Source of the DNA: Tetramitus jugosus
Taxonomy: Eukaryota; Protista; Heterolobosea
Assembly: GCA_937625935.1 (NCBI GenBank)
Contig: OW569345.1
Coordinates: 186,001-250,000, forward strand
Direction of reading: 5' to 3'
Length of the DNA: 64,000 nucleotides
Position numbers and translations under genes: made by a program. Shown here in pieces: positions 44,453 through 59,500 of this stretch; the stretch's first letter is position 1; the number at the start of each line of letters is the position of its first letter. The notes below the pieces were generated by a model. That model was given only the letters and a program-made list of their open reading frames with translations. It was not told where the DNA came from and made no database searches.

Positions 44453-47400
44453 ATGGACCCTCAATCATTTGAACAATTCGTGAGCAAGACATTCTCACCC
44501 GTTGTTCTTGTGAGATCAACACCACAAGTCGAACAAATATGCATGAGAAATCAATTGTCGTTCATCGATTTGCTCAAACCTCACGAATCAATCAACAAAG
44601 AATGTAAGTAGTGTAAATGAAGAAGCTTTACCCTTTTTTCTTCAGAACAACAATTGACACGTTCCATCAAAAACTCAATGATCATATGTGTGCAAACACG
44701 CCACTACTTTTTTTATTGTTGGTGAAAATTTTTGTTATTTTTTTTTCTTCATGCTGATGCGATGAGCAGTGTACACGAGAACAGTGAAAGAATATGAGAC
44801 GTATCCCGTGAAGAATTTTCAAATCCGTTTCAAGACAATGGACGAGTTGAGTGTCGAGTATGGAAAAGATGGTGACAATATGGTGATTCAACACAATGAA
44901 ATTCAAAAAAAGATGAAGCACAATGATCTCTATTTGCAACATGTTGTTTCAGAGTCGTATGACTTGAAGAGAGATGAGAGTTCATTGACACCAGCATTGG
45001 ACGATGAAGATCGATTGATGAATCAGATGAAACAAGGTTTGTTGTGGTTGTTTTTTGCTGTTGCTATTGTTGTTGTTGTTGAGTGATGAGTGAAGGTGTA
45101 GCTAACGATTTGAACAATCACTGTTTTTATTGTTGTTATTTGTGTGTGCGTGAATGGAATGATTATGTGTGTGTGTACATGTTGAATATGGTTCGCAGGC
45201 ATTAATTTTACACCTTGGTTCGATCGATACAAGGAAGAATTCTTCTCTGGTGTCTACATGTCGGATCATGAGACATGGGAGCATCCTGTTGCGTGCATTA
45301 CTGCTGTTGCGAGCACTGATCCTGATCCTGTCAGAGCTCACCGTGAATTGTACAATATGGAAAAACCACCAAGGCTCTTCAATGACCGAATGGTTGATCC
45401 TGATTTGTGTAGATTTTATGTGTTGATACATGATGCATCCACAGGCTCTGACAACCAAGCGAGACTTCATCTGAGAAAGATGACTGAGGCATTCGGTGCA
45501 ACATGTTGTCGATTGTTACAGATTAACTCTGGAAGTGGAGATACTGCCGTAAACGATATCTGGACCAGAAGTCAATCACGAAGAGATGAATACAATAAGC
45601 GATTAATGGGAGTAGATCTTTCCAACGCTGGCAAATATTTATCATTGCACGACATGTCCTATATTGCGTCACTGGTGGACGAACTAGTCACAAACGGTAT
45701 CATACCTCACTTGGAGAGAAAAATTAAGAATATTAATCTCACGATCGCATCCAAGAAGAAGGGTATTTCCGGTGCACTTTCCACATGGTTCAGAAAAAAG
45801 AAGGATGATGTATCTCCTTCTGGACGTTACTCGTACGCTAGTTCTGAAATTCAACTCAGAAAGATGGCTGACTATTGCTTCTTATTGAGAGATTACGACT
45901 CAGCACTGACGACATACAAATTGGCAGCATCCGAATTTAAGAACAATAAGCAAGATATGAAGCACTATGCAGGAGCAAATGAATTTATCGCAATTAGTAC
46001 ATTATTTGTCAATCAGTCGTTGATCACTGGTGTGACGAGTCAGATACGAAAAGAAGTTGATCAGGCATTCGAACTCGCGTTGAGCAATTATTCATTGATT
46101 GGAGAACCAAAATTTGCGCTAAGATGTGCCTTGTTTGCTGCCGTGAGCGCCAAAGCGAGAGGAGATTACAAGCGTGCAACCGATATTTTCTCGAGAGCTA
46201 TCAATATAGAAAAGACAAATAATTTGTTGAATGCGCTGTTGTGCGAGCAAACTGCCTATGCCCATTTGTTCACTCAAACGCCAAAGAGTCAAATCAGAAA
46301 ATTTGCTCTATTTATCATGCTTGCAGGTCAAAAGTATTATCATGTCGATATGGACACTAAAGCCTTGATGCAACAACAATCCAACACCGAACAAAATATC
46401 GAACCATCAAAGTACAAGGTATCACACCATGCCTACAGATGCTATCGAATAGCGCTTCAAGTCCACTATAGCCGAGATTGGTCAGTCATATTCGAGCACA
46501 TGAGTGGCCTCATGGGTGATCTCTCTCTTGAAATGACTAACAACGGTTCTGCTTCCACTGATGCCGAACGGATTAAGTTCTTAAGAGACAGTATCCAATT
46601 CCTGCATGACTTTGTTGGAGGATGTAACATATCTGGAAAAAGTAGCAGTCTACAAGGACCAGAACAACAGAAACAAAACATGAAAAAGTTCCTATCGATC
46701 ATCAGTACATTCATGCACCAGACATCTGAACAAAACAAATCTCCACTCGATTCACCTCTGCAACTTCCTGAAATCAATACCAAGAACTTTAGAATACTCA
46801 TGAATCAATATGGAAATATGCCAAGTTATGTGAATGAATATCCAAGGGGAGAATGGCGTGCGATGGAAGAATCATTCATTAGAAGTACTAGACCGTATCA
46901 TGTCTTTGCATGGGACAGAAACAATAGTGCTTACAAGGAACCCACTGCAATCTTTGAGCCAATCTTTGTTGAAATTTCTGTTAAGAATGTGCTGTATATA
47001 CCAATCCGAGTCTCAAAGTTGTGTTTGATTGCATCGTTCACACCAGCGAAACCAATAGAAGAAGACTCCGAAAACAAGGACAAAGGATACAAAGTCATCC
47101 CAGAAGAAATTGTGATGAAACCAGGTCAAATACAAACAATCCGTCTGTCTATTATTCCAACCGCAGAGGGAGAACTAAAAATTCAAGGTGTTAGTTGGTC
47201 ACTCGAAAATGTGATCGAAGGTATTAAGTATTTTGAGACCAAGGGTCGCCGTCTCAATGAAACCTCTGCACAAAGAACAAAGGTCATGTATGAAGCAGAT
47301 AATCGCTCGACAATGAGGGTCATTGGAAATATGCCATTGTTGGATGTAGAACTTCAAAATCCACCTAATGAGCTCTATCAAGGACAACTGCACAGATCCA

Positions 47401-48959
47401 ATATGATCATCAAAAATGTTGGTTCGATGGGTCTTCAGAAGCTCAAGATGAAAATGAGTCATCCTCAATTTATTGCATTTAATCCTAATATGGACCAGGG
47501 AGAGAGCGCTGACAGAGATGCAGACTACTCTGTGAGTGCCATAGCCGATGAAAAATTCCAGAGAGATGTGTCAGTTGTTGATCTTAGTCCATATATTGGT
47601 GATGTGCTGGCTCCGAATGAGCATGTGTCTATTCCTCTTTATTTCAGAGGTACGCACTGTGGCTCATTCAACATCAAATTCCTATTCTATTATGAACCTG
47701 AACTGGTCAATGATTTGATGAAGTTCAGACTGCACAAACTGCAAAGCTGCCTCCAAGTGAATGAATCATTGGCTCTGCATTATTTCTCCCAACCAAGTTC
47801 TGTTCAGTTACACGATGAAGAAGAATTCGTCTTGGGAATAACTGCAACCAATCAAAGAAAATTCTCAATTCCCCCATCGCAACTAATGATGAATGAGATT
47901 GAAGATATGAAGATTCAATTGCATCAGATTACAGCTGTGAGTCCAGGTTGGTCCTTGACGCCATTAAATTTTGTGCCTGGGCAAGTCACTCAGAATACTG
48001 TAGATCTGGCACCGAGCGAGTCCACTACCTTGTACTTTAAGATTGGGCGAATCAATAAGAGTGAAATCGCCGATAAGCACAACCTGGACAGCGACAATCA
48101 ATACTTGTATCATGGAAATTTATTCTTGCAGGAAGATAGTCGAAGTAAGCATGCTGTCTCTATTTCCAGCTACCCTCACTTGGACATGTTGTATAGAGAA
48201 TGCGTGCCAATGGCCAATCCAATCGATCTAGACAGCGAAACACCAACCATTCCGAGCTATATGAACAACAGTTATCCATTTTTGAAGCCTCAGGGATTGG
48301 CAATTGCTGTATCATGGGCAACGAACACGGGAAAGATTATTGGCCAATCACATATTTTGAACACTGGATTTCTGCCTGAAAAGAATATTCCCATCCAAAT
48401 GCATCCAAACAGTAACAATCCAAGCTCACGAGGTCCCAACAGCTTATGTCCCATTTATGTTTCACTGCATTACAACGATGTTGTGCACCACAAGTTCTCC
48501 TCATCAAATATGGACGATACTCTGGAGCAACCTATCCTCACTCTGCCTATTGTATTCCAACTCAGCAACATCTCTCCTGATTTGGTTTGCGATCTAACAC
48601 TGGAACTCTTGTCGCCGGATAATCCCGTGCAAACCACGGACAATTCTCTGAGATTGCCCACACAGAGTCCAAATGATGGAACAGCCACTGGTGTGACGCC
48701 AGATAGTGCATCATTCCTTTGGGTTGGCAGCACTCGCTTGAGATGCAAGAATGTTCGTCCAGCACAACAATTACGTATTCCAATCAACGCCTGCTTCTTT
48801 GGTCCAGGTAAATACAATCTGAACCAGTTTAAGCTGTATTGGAATGCAGAAGAGATCAAGGATGAGAAGGAAACTCAAGATGTCATTTTGTTGCCAAAGA
48901 AGCCAACAATCATGACTTTTACGGGTATGCAGTACTTGATGAGCATTGAAGACAAGTAG
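44453..48959 (+). CDS. TRAPPC8: TRAPP III subunit TRAPPC8/Trs85
   Basis: FSPVVLV, LSFIDLLKP, TPWF, SDHETWEHPVAC, LLQINS, E.QLRKMADYCFLLRDY; introns at 44604-44769 and 45037-45198. Confidence 0.92.
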
Positions 48960-49549
48960 AACAAAAAAATGATCGGTCTAAATTCAAAAACCAGTTGAAG
49001 AGTATTTATTGATGGTAAAGCACCTGCTTCCCAAAACTTCATGTTGTTGATGTGTGTTCTTGTTGTTTGCATTTTTTGCGGTCAACCACGCCCTTACAAA
49101 AAAAATTTTCCTCCAACAAGAAATCTCACCACAAACAACAAGAACAATAAGGTATGAACGACCTACGCTATCACGCGCCATGATGTGGGATTCCATGCAC
49201 GAAATGACGATTAATGGAGTGTAAAACTACGCAACATCTTCTCATGATCCTATATCACAGCAAAAAAACATTTAAAAACACCACTGCAAATTCCCCAAAG
49301 CAAAATTTTCATCATTAATGAATGCCAAATGTTTATTGACATCTCATGATCATCAATCTTCTCTCACCAACAATGAGCTCCTTCAGTATTTTCGGATAAA
49401 CTTGTTGCCTCCCGATCCCCAGCACGCCCAATTGCTCATTTCGTCACCATGAGAATCGCACCGAACGGCACTTTTTTTCTTCCTGGAAAATAGTTTTCTC
49501 ACACAAACATCTTTTTTTTTCCAATTGCAAAACACAGCACATACATACA

Positions 49550-49957
49550 ATGGGTAAGAGAAGTGTTGCAAAGAGACTATTGCTCGCCGCTAGTTCTATT
49601 CAAAAATCATCCATCAGAACTGGATTGAAGATTGAGAAGGCTGTCAAGGCAACTGCTGAGAATTTGGCTGGTCCAGAATACATCAAAAGAGTCGCTGAGG
49701 CAGAAAATGAAGAAATTCTTTGCCAAAAGGCCCGTGAAGAATTTTTCAAAACACACATTGCTGCCTTGCCACGTAAGATTGACAGATTCAAGGACGAGTA
49801 CGCAGAGTTCAAGGAGAAGATCAAGAGACCTGGTGATTTGACTGTTGATGATGTGAAGGCATGGCCAGTCGTTTTGGTTATGGCTGCATTCATGTTCTGG
49901 TTCGGAAAGTCTGTCGGAAGATGGAACTTGGTTGGATTCAAATATGAAGACTTTTAA
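49550..49957 (+). CDS. Mitochondrial ATP synthase subunit g-like
   Basis: C-terminal DLTV.D...TM...FWFGKSVGRWNLVGF matches the subunit g pattern (LTV...F..GxxxGR..L.G[YF]). Confidence 0.65.
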   Translation: MGKRSVAKRLLLAASSIQKSSIRTGLKIEKAVKATAENLAGPEYIKRVAEAENEEILCQKAREEFFKTHIAALPRKIDRFKDEYAEFKEKIKRPGDLTVDDVKAWPVVLVMAAFMFWFGKSVGRWNLVGFKYEDF

Positions 49958-50544
49958 ATTTTTGTGAAAACACGAAATGTGTCTATATATACAACATGCA
50001 CACACATTTAATATATTATGCTCTCTCATCTCTCTCTATCTCTCCAATGTCATATACAGAGTCTGTGTGTGTGTGGTGAATATGCAAGTGGTGGCATTTG
50101 TATGTGTGTGTATGTCTGTATATGAGAGTATCCTCTTCTACACTGGAGGAGAACTGTCTAATCAGCCAATGCCATGAGGGGAATCATCTTGTTGTATAAT
50201 TTGTTGTATCAATCACGTGTTTGATATTCAACAAAAGTAAATTGAACCGTAACCTAAATCTTTTTTTGTTGTTCTGTAGACGACATACAACCGCTTTCGG
50301 AGAACAAACTTTTGCCTCTACTTTGTATTTTTAGTTTTGGTGTTTTGTTCAAACAATCACGGGCATCAAAACCACCATCTGTTGCATTGCATCCGAAAGA
50401 AAAAGTCTTGTACAATATTTCACGTGGATAGTCATCAGTTGATAGAAGAATACTCTTAGACACACCACCAAAACTATCACTTTATTTATTTGTAACATAA
50501 TATATACACCCTGATTTGTAAATAATAATAAGATCTTATTGATA

Positions 50545-53500
50545 ATGAAACGTTCACCTGTTCAAAACAAGAACCCTGTGCACATTAATTCAACCGTTGA
50601 TGAGATTGATACGGACGATGAAAGTGAAACGAGTAATGGTGATGTGATGCGAACAAACAACCATGTTGATTTTGGTGCCGCCATGAATCATGATTTCGAC
50701 GAAAGTTCTTCTCTGTTGATCGACACGGACGATGATGAAGAAGACGAGTTTGATCACGAGTACGAAGTGGACTATGAAGACGAGTTTGAAGACACAGAGT
50801 TTTTTGATAGGAAGGGCTATGTGTTTGATCATTTGCATCTGCAGCAGCAGCAGCATCAACACCAGATTGATGACATCTACTTTCACAATAGATTTCTCAA
50901 ACCAACAAAAAACAGGAGCAATAGTAGTCGTCATTCACCACATGATGACTTGTTCATGTACGATGAAAAATTTCTGAGTGATTCATCAGAGTGCGAGGAT
51001 CAAAACAATGAAGATGATATAGAGCGCTACCGTACTACTACAAGAACTGCAAATCAGCAGTTGAATAGTGGTAGTGTTAGTAATGGTGGTCGTATGGGTA
51101 GTGGTGCCTCTAGCAACAAAACTGCGGGCATGTCCAATTCGATGAACACATTGATTCAAAGTGCAATCTTTATGGAGGAAACATCAGATTTTACTGACAT
51201 GTTCACTCCTCATTCCAACATGTCTGCAATGACCGGTGCTTCTTCCATCATGGCAAACAACAACAATGATAATAATAATGAGTGGCCATCTTCATCACTG
51301 TACAATGGAATGACTGACTCACTGACTACGTCTTCATCAATCACAACGGTGACGACTACATCTTCCAATGGAGGTTCACACAATGCATCGTCCTCTTCAT
51401 CGACCATGGTCAAGAAGAAGAAACGATCAAAGTTTGTATTTAATGTCATTATTCCATGTGTGATTTGGAAAAGTCTGGATCAAGTATCATACCATCACTC
51501 GATGCATACACATTCGCCTTCTCCATCATCACCACAAACAGATCGCTATTTGTTTGCAGTGTACGTTAACATTTATGATTATTGCTCTAATCCTTCCACA
51601 GTCTCGACAACGTATGATAGTGGAGCACACCAGGACACTGGATCATCATACGTTTGGCACCGAAAGAAGAGAATACAAATGAGAAGACCAGATCCAAAAG
51701 GTTTTCCTGATATATGGCGATGTGAAGCAAAGTTACCATTTCGAAGTGAGTTCCAATACAGTTACTCGATCAAGAGCAGCCCTCACGATCATGCAGAGCT
51801 TGGCGAGAGTCACAACAGCCAGTTTTCTGTTATGAGCCTTACGAGCACAATGATTGATGTATCCTCATTTAGGTCAGACTTTGTTGTTGAGGAGAGAAGG
51901 AAAAGATCTTGTGCGCCAGAAAAATATGACATATTCGTAGTCGATCGAGACACAAAGAAACGCTTGAGGCTGAGCTCTTCTAACCCTCTTCGTCTGTTAC
52001 ACTTATCGAATCAACCATTGGAGCCTCTCAGATTATATTTGGAGTTTTTACTGAAGGAGTGGTCCAAGCAAAATGATTCGTCGATATTTAGCAATTGTAG
52101 TATCTCTGACTTTCTCACATCAAATTTTTACTTGGTGTGGGGCCGCAGATGGACAAAAGACTTGTCAAAGTATGAATTGGATGATGTTGCAGCATTTCCA
52201 ATTGTGAAGGAGGCCATTGTATCATTTGCTCGTTCTGTTCGTCTATCCTTTTTGGATTCAGTTGTTATTTGCTGCATTATTGGTCAATTACCACGCAAGC
52301 AACAGAGTTTATCAAAAGATATGACCTATTCAATAATCAGAGGTTTAGCATCCAAAGAAGGACACCAGTATTCAGCAAGTAACAAGTTGGAGGATCAACT
52401 GGCTGATGTGCGCCATATGAGTTGGTTTCAAACCGGTTTAAGTTTTTTATTCGAGGGCACAAAAGAGTTGGTAGATGCATTCATTTTACTGGGATGTGCA
52501 CCCTATGTTTCCGACACTCGAGTCGCCATATCCGCGCATCTATTGGAGCAATACGAAGAAGCTGAGCTCGAGAGAGCTTTTAACGAGGCTGTACAGTGGT
52601 TGAGAGAATTTGGTGGTTTGGCTATGGAGTGTCGTGGGTTATGGTCGTATTGTCTGGTACTGTCCGAGCTTATATTGCACGCTCCAACATATCTTGTGTT
52701 AAAAACTTTCTTGTGTAGTGAGTTGGATCAAGATCAAACTCTTCAAATCACCGAAATTGCCTGCTCTGCCTTTATGAATAAGTTAAAAATGTCGAGAAGA
52801 GAGAAAACCAATGAAGAAATACGTTACATTGCCGATATTGTGCAATATCATGCCGCATTTCAGAATCAAAATGTAGTGATCGAACTTCTTCGTTCAGGCT
52901 CTTTGGCTAATGTTGACCCCATGAAAATTGTTGAGATTATAGGATATTGTGACACATCCGCTAAGGACCAGTCTTACAGACAAGATCATGCCTTTAACAT
53001 CATTCACAATTGGTGCCTGGAGGTTTTCAAGAGGCGCAACATTCTGTTTAAAAGTTTTAGAGATTTCGCGAATTTCATAGGTCGAATGATTGAGTCTAAA
53101 TTCTTCAAGGGGCACGAGATGGTTTTATTGGATGACGCAATTCTAAGTTTTATCGACAAGGAAGATAGGGATTTAATCACTTCTATTGCTGGAGTGTTTA
53201 GAGATACTGATGGACACTTGCGTTCGTTTCTTTTGGACATGGCAAGGAGAGTGATCAGGCGTGGCATGAAAGATACATCAGGTCTCGAGCAGTTACTGAA
53301 GGCAGTTAACAGCATGGGTGATGCGTATCTGAAAGACAAACTCTTGGATCAGATAGTGAAAGAAAGCAACATCGATATCAGCTACGAGTCATTATTGACG
53401 GATCGAAAATGGTATTTGTTTTTGCGAGATATCAAGATGACTAGTTTGATAACTGACGAGTTAAAGCAAATGTTTGAACTAGCTCATGACAGGTGTCGGG

Positions 53501-56500
53501 AATTGGTAGCTCTTGTTTCCTCTGGACGTATCCAGTTGAAGATTGTAAAATTATTAATATCTGATCCGACTAGTACATTTGAGTTATTAAGAGAATCCGG
53601 AATGACTGAAGATAAGCTTAGTCGGTTAAAGAGTGATGTTGACCGATTTTATCATCGTTTGAACACTGTCCAGAGTTACTTGATGATGTTTGAGAATGAT
53701 AGGATAGCACTTGTTAATAGAATTATTGATGTACGAAAAAATATGTTAGATTCAACGCTATCAGATCTGATGAACTTTGTAGACACAAGAGTAGAGATCA
53801 CAGATGAAGATTTAGATTGGTTCTACGAGCTTCGAAGATCGGAGCTATTTCTCAATTTGTGGAATGAAGTGCGAACTTCCATTAAATTTACCACGGACTC
53901 CAAGATGATGGAGAATATTCGATGGAAGTGGAGTAACACGTTTCATCTGCTAGATCAGAGCCAAATTGCCTATTCTGATCTTGAGAGGATAGTTCTGATG
54001 TTAACGAGTGAGAAATTTGAACAAGAGCTGCTCTTGCTCAAAAAAACCAATACTGAGGGCAATCAAGGGAGTGATGAGGATCTCGAATGGTGCGCAGAGA
54101 AATCCCATCTTTTATCCGCTTTCAAGCAGTTGTATCTTTATAACAGTTATTCTCCTGTGGTGAAACTCATTATTAGTCACACGATGTATAATTTTGTTTT
54201 GGATGTATCTCAGAGCGAAGAGTACAAGCGATTAGGGGAAACAATTGAGTTCAACGGGAGGAATAGCAAATTAAGCCAGCAATTCATTTCTGACAAACTT
54301 GAGTCCATAGCATCATCTTTCAGTGTAGGTATTGACCAACTCAAGTTTTTGGTGTTGTTATGTCAAGACACTGGTTTGTTGGATTGGCTGATCAGTTATC
54401 GAAGTGATAATGAGTTCATTGGTTTAATTAATGTTTGTCGCTCATTTACTGATTCGGCAAGGCATTTAGAAACCTTGTCGTCTCTTGAGATCATTAGAAG
54501 TGTTTTGCTGCCCATCATCAGCCCACGTACTCCTTTTGCCACAATGAGCGAGTTTCAGAAGGTTTTACGAGAGTTGGCAGTCGATGACAACATTGTCACG
54601 CACATGAAAAATCTTCAGAGAAACTTCTTAAAATTGAAAAAGGTGTTTGAGGAGAGAACACGTAGTCCAGGTATCCAGGCGTTGTATGATGTGGAAGAAA
54701 TCGTACAAAGAGGACAGTACATTTTTAAATGTACTCATTATGATCATATCGTTACTTGCAGAGTTGAAGGGTGTGACGAATTGAAAACGATCGACACGCT
54801 CATTGCTCTCAGGAACAATCTAATGTTGACCGAGGTTCCTCGAGAATTCAAGGATCAGGACATTGGGAAGAAAATCTCTAATTTTGCTCAACAAATTATT
54901 GACTTGTGTTCGATAAGGGATGTACTATACGCATTGATGAACATGGGGCACTTTTCATATCAGAGTTCCTTTATCCAACAAGTTCCTTCTTCAGTTGGAT
55001 CTACGCAGTTGAATGTGATGCTCAACCAGTTCAAGGAGGATAGAAAAAATTGGGAGCATATGGCTCAAGAATTCAGGGAATCATCTTACTTTTCGAATAT
55101 GTTCCGAATGCAACATCTATTACGCTTAGTCTCTCTACTAGATGATCAACATCAAGATAATACGTATGAAAATCCATGTTTGGATCAACTCTATTCTGTA
55201 TTACAGTTCCCAGATATTTCCCTAAAGAAAGATCGCATTGTTGAGGTAGCAAGATTATGGGTGCCGACTAGGGATTTGTTGCCACAAAACATTCTTGCCA
55301 ATTTGGCAAGTTTTCTGAAAGATTTATATTCTTCTGTCGCGTTTGCCTATCGAAATATTCCTGTTGATGATAAGACTATTGATTGCTCCTCCAATAATCT
55401 TATCTTATTTCAAAGATTGAATCAAAATCATTTCTGTATCGCTCGGTCTACTGGTATTGCAGAACTGTTTGATTTTGTTGTGTCCTTGTATAGCCACTTT
55501 AGCAGGAGACCAGCCCCTGAAGAGCTTCTCTTCTGTCATGACGCCACTGACTTTGAAGATATATTGATAATTATCAATCGGTGGTTCCGAGCGGAGCTCA
55601 ATAATCGACAGGATACAACATACACGATTATTAACATTCATGCAGCTCCATACTCAGTCCAACGTCGAGCTGCCTCATACTTGAAGAAATTATTGCGTTT
55701 ACTCGAGGGAGAAACTGATACTTCATGCTCAAGGTTAATCATTGCAGAATACGTTCCTTCATATATGATGACAGTGCTCTCTCAATATGTTATTAATGTG
55801 CATCCTTTAAGCTTGCAAACAATTCGAAGAATTTACCAAACGATACCAGCTCATGCGACTGGCGGTCTGGGTTGTTACTCGTCATCTCATCCTGGTGCAG
55901 GAAAAACTCAAACCATATTGCGCAACATCTATACGAGCTCTAAATCGACCAAGTATGTCCGAGTCAGCTTAACTGGGCAGTCGAGTTCGGATTCATTAAT
56001 CTCTCAGATACCAACTGATGATACTGGATCTGCGCGGTCGTATCACTTGAGTATTAATGCTTCATGTATTGCTTGCTTAGCAAGTGATGTCATTAATACT
56101 TTGCTTTTTAAATTTCTATATATTGGGTGTTTGAGAAGTCGCCGAACTGGAGATTTGTTTTATCTAAAATTCGAGGATGGCGTCAATGTTGAAATGCCTA
56201 GCAGTGCTCATCATTTAATTGAAGAAAAATTGTTCATATGTCAGCGGTTGCCAAAGTACCAAATACAAGCCCGAAAAGTGGATTTTACCGATGAATACTA
56301 TACCCTAATTCCGAGCAAGGTGAGAGGGTTATTCAGTATTAAACGAGCGGAGAACTTCAAGATTCAGTACGTATGCAAACGATTACATGCGTTCGACACG
56401 CGAACCTTACGTTTTAATGACTACGACGAGAGTAGTGATTTACCAATTGATCATTGCTATGAGTTGTTAAGTCGTTATGCTTCAAGAAACCATGAAACAA

Positions 56501-59500
56501 CATTCTCTATCATGCATAACTTTGTCACATTTGCGTATGGACAGCTGAAAACAGCAATGAAGTTTACTGCACTGAAACAGACTGAAATATACTATCACGT
56601 GATTGAAAGTATTGTTCGGATGACTCGTGCATTTTGTTCTCACTCGATTCGATCGATTGAACAGAAAGGTCCTCCAATTGATTTTTTCCAGTATTATTGC
56701 AGTCGTTTCAACGATATGAAAACCTTGAGTGATTGCGCAAAGTCTCTCTGTGTCTTTTTACAAGATTCATCGGGTGAGATAACGGGATTAAATCTAACAG
56801 TGGGAAAGAAGATGGAGACGATGGACTCGCACAACATCTCCCAACAATATGGATTTGATTTGGAGAAACAGTTCACAACTTGGGAGAACGAAGAAAACAA
56901 TTTTAAAGTGTTCGAATTCTTGAGGAGTGTCGCAGGAGTTTTCACACCTGCTCCCCTTCCAACTAATTATTTTATTTCCAGTGAGAACATCAAGAAAGCT
57001 TTGATTATTATACTGCGCTTGCAATACAACTTGCCTGTCTTAGTGATCGGCGAGACGGGCATCGGAAAAACTGAGCTATTCAAGTATGTGGCCTCTGTGC
57101 TCAACTTGAAAATGCACAGGTTCAATATTCATTCGGGAACGAAGCGCGACGACATTATTGAATGGCTAGAGTTATTCATTAGCAACAACAGTGCTCGTAA
57201 CAATGCAGATCAAACGCTTCTCTACTTTGATCAAATTAATTTGTGCAATTCGATGGATATATTCAAGGATATTCTTTGTGACAGAGCATTGAGAGGATAT
57301 CCATTACCAGATAATTTGAAAATCGTTGCAACATGTAGTCCTTATCGGTTGAAAGATATCAACAATGTCTCGAGTGGATTACAACAGGTACCATCTCGAA
57401 TGTGTACAACTCAGGACTGCATGCTTAAAAAATTGGTTTATAGAGTGTACACAATGCCCGAGTCACTTATGCTTCATGTGATGCAATTTGGCGCAACAAA
57501 GCAACAAACTGTTGAGAAATATATTCGAGCTATCATGGTATCGGAGCTTGATTCAAAGTTGATGGAAGATATGAACTGTGACTTGAGGGATCAGTTCGTT
57601 GAAATGATGTATCATTCTCAAGAGTTTGTTCGACAACTCTTGGAAGAGAGTGCAGTAAGTTTACGAGATGTGAAACGTTGTGTTCGATTGTTCAATTGGT
57701 TTGTCAATCATTTGCGTAAGCGAGATTTTAGTTTGAGAGATCTACCAACATCAGAAACAACAATTCGGGACAGTATTATCTTGGCACTTGGACATTGCTA
57801 TTATTATCGTTTGAATTTGAACCACAGAAAACAGTATTGTGAAGACAAACCATTAATGAGACATTTTCCAAAGTTCATCGAGGTACTAGTCAGAGAGCAA
57901 GAGGAGTTTACAAAGTATCTGATATTACCAGAGTGTGTGGCAATGAATGATGCCCTTCGTGAGAACATTAGTGTTATTATTGTGTCTATACTCAATAAGG
58001 TACCAATATTCATTGTAGGAAATCCAGGCAGTTCCAAATCTTTGGCAATGGAGATCATCTCATCCAACTTTCATGGGAAGGCTGCCACTAGTGCCTTCTT
58101 ACAATCATTCCCAGCTCTTGAAGTCTTTAATTTTCAGTGCTCTCAATCGAGCAAAGAACAACAACTTGAAGAGGCATTTGAAGCAGCTTGCAAGCACCAA
58201 AGAAATGTTTCCTCTGATACTGTTGTTGTTTTGTTGTTGAATGAGGTTGGATTACTTGAACATAGTCCTTTTAATCCGTTACAAGTTGTGAACAAGGAAT
58301 TGGAAGAGCCTCAAATATCCGTTGTCGGTCTATCTAATTGGAGCCTTGATCCAAGCACGAACAGCAAGGTCATATGCATTTCTAGACCAGAACCAACAAT
58401 TAGTGATTTGAAAAACACTCTCTCTGCTATAGTTAGCTCAATTCAACTTGGGTCAAGTCTTTATTTCCTTGCAAAAGCCTATCATGAAGTTTACAGATGC
58501 CAAACAAGGAAGGATTTCTTTGGTTTGAGAGACTTTTATTCAATGGTCAAATTCATGATCCGAAATATGCATAATTCATTGTCCGTGGACCTCTTGGTCA
58601 AAGCTGTGTATAGAAATTTTGGAGGAAGACCTGAGGAGATGAGAAAGATCCTCTCTATATTCTGCGATTGCATGGGACTCGATGTTAGTACAGTCAAGGC
58701 ACTGCCGACAACCCTCGATATGATCAAAGAAAATTTAGCAGATAGTAGAGCTCGTCATCTCATGCTCCTCACAAGAAACAATGCAGCGTTGTCAATTTTG
58801 TTCGATCAGGGAATTCTGGCTCATGATCAGACCGAAGTCATATTTGGTACGGATTTTATTAAGGACAGCGATATCGAAATGCACGTGTGCACTGCCATTC
58901 AGTCTATTAGATATTGTATGGCAAAGGGAAGAACCGTAGTCCTTGTGAACTGTGAGGATTTATATGAAAGCTTGTACGATTTATTTAATATGCAGTATTT
59001 GAGTTATGATGGCAACAGATACGCATCATTAGTGATTGGCACACATAGTAAACAGTGCGTTGTACATGAAAAGTTTAGAGTGATCATCATCGCAGAGCAA
59101 GATCATGCATATCGCGAGCTCCCCTCTCCTCTCCTTAACAGGTTCGAAAAGCAAGTACTTCTCCGTCAGGCTATATTTGAGGATCGACATTTCCATCTTT
59201 TGAACAAGATTGAAAGTTGGTGCACCAGTGTATGTCCTTCTGAAGATTTGAGTTCAACATTTATTGGATTCCACTCGGATATGTTGAGTTCCTTAGTGCT
59301 CTCTATTTGTCACAGGGGCTCCATTGATGAACAATCATTTATGAACAAGGCAAAATCTGAGCTTTTGTGGATAGGTACCATTGATGGAATTCTACGAGCT
59401 GAACGAAAAAAGGAGGAGGGAACCTATCTGAAGACATATTTTGATGAGCAAGTTCATACTAGTCTCAGATCCTTCATATCTTATGTACTTTCGGAAAAGG

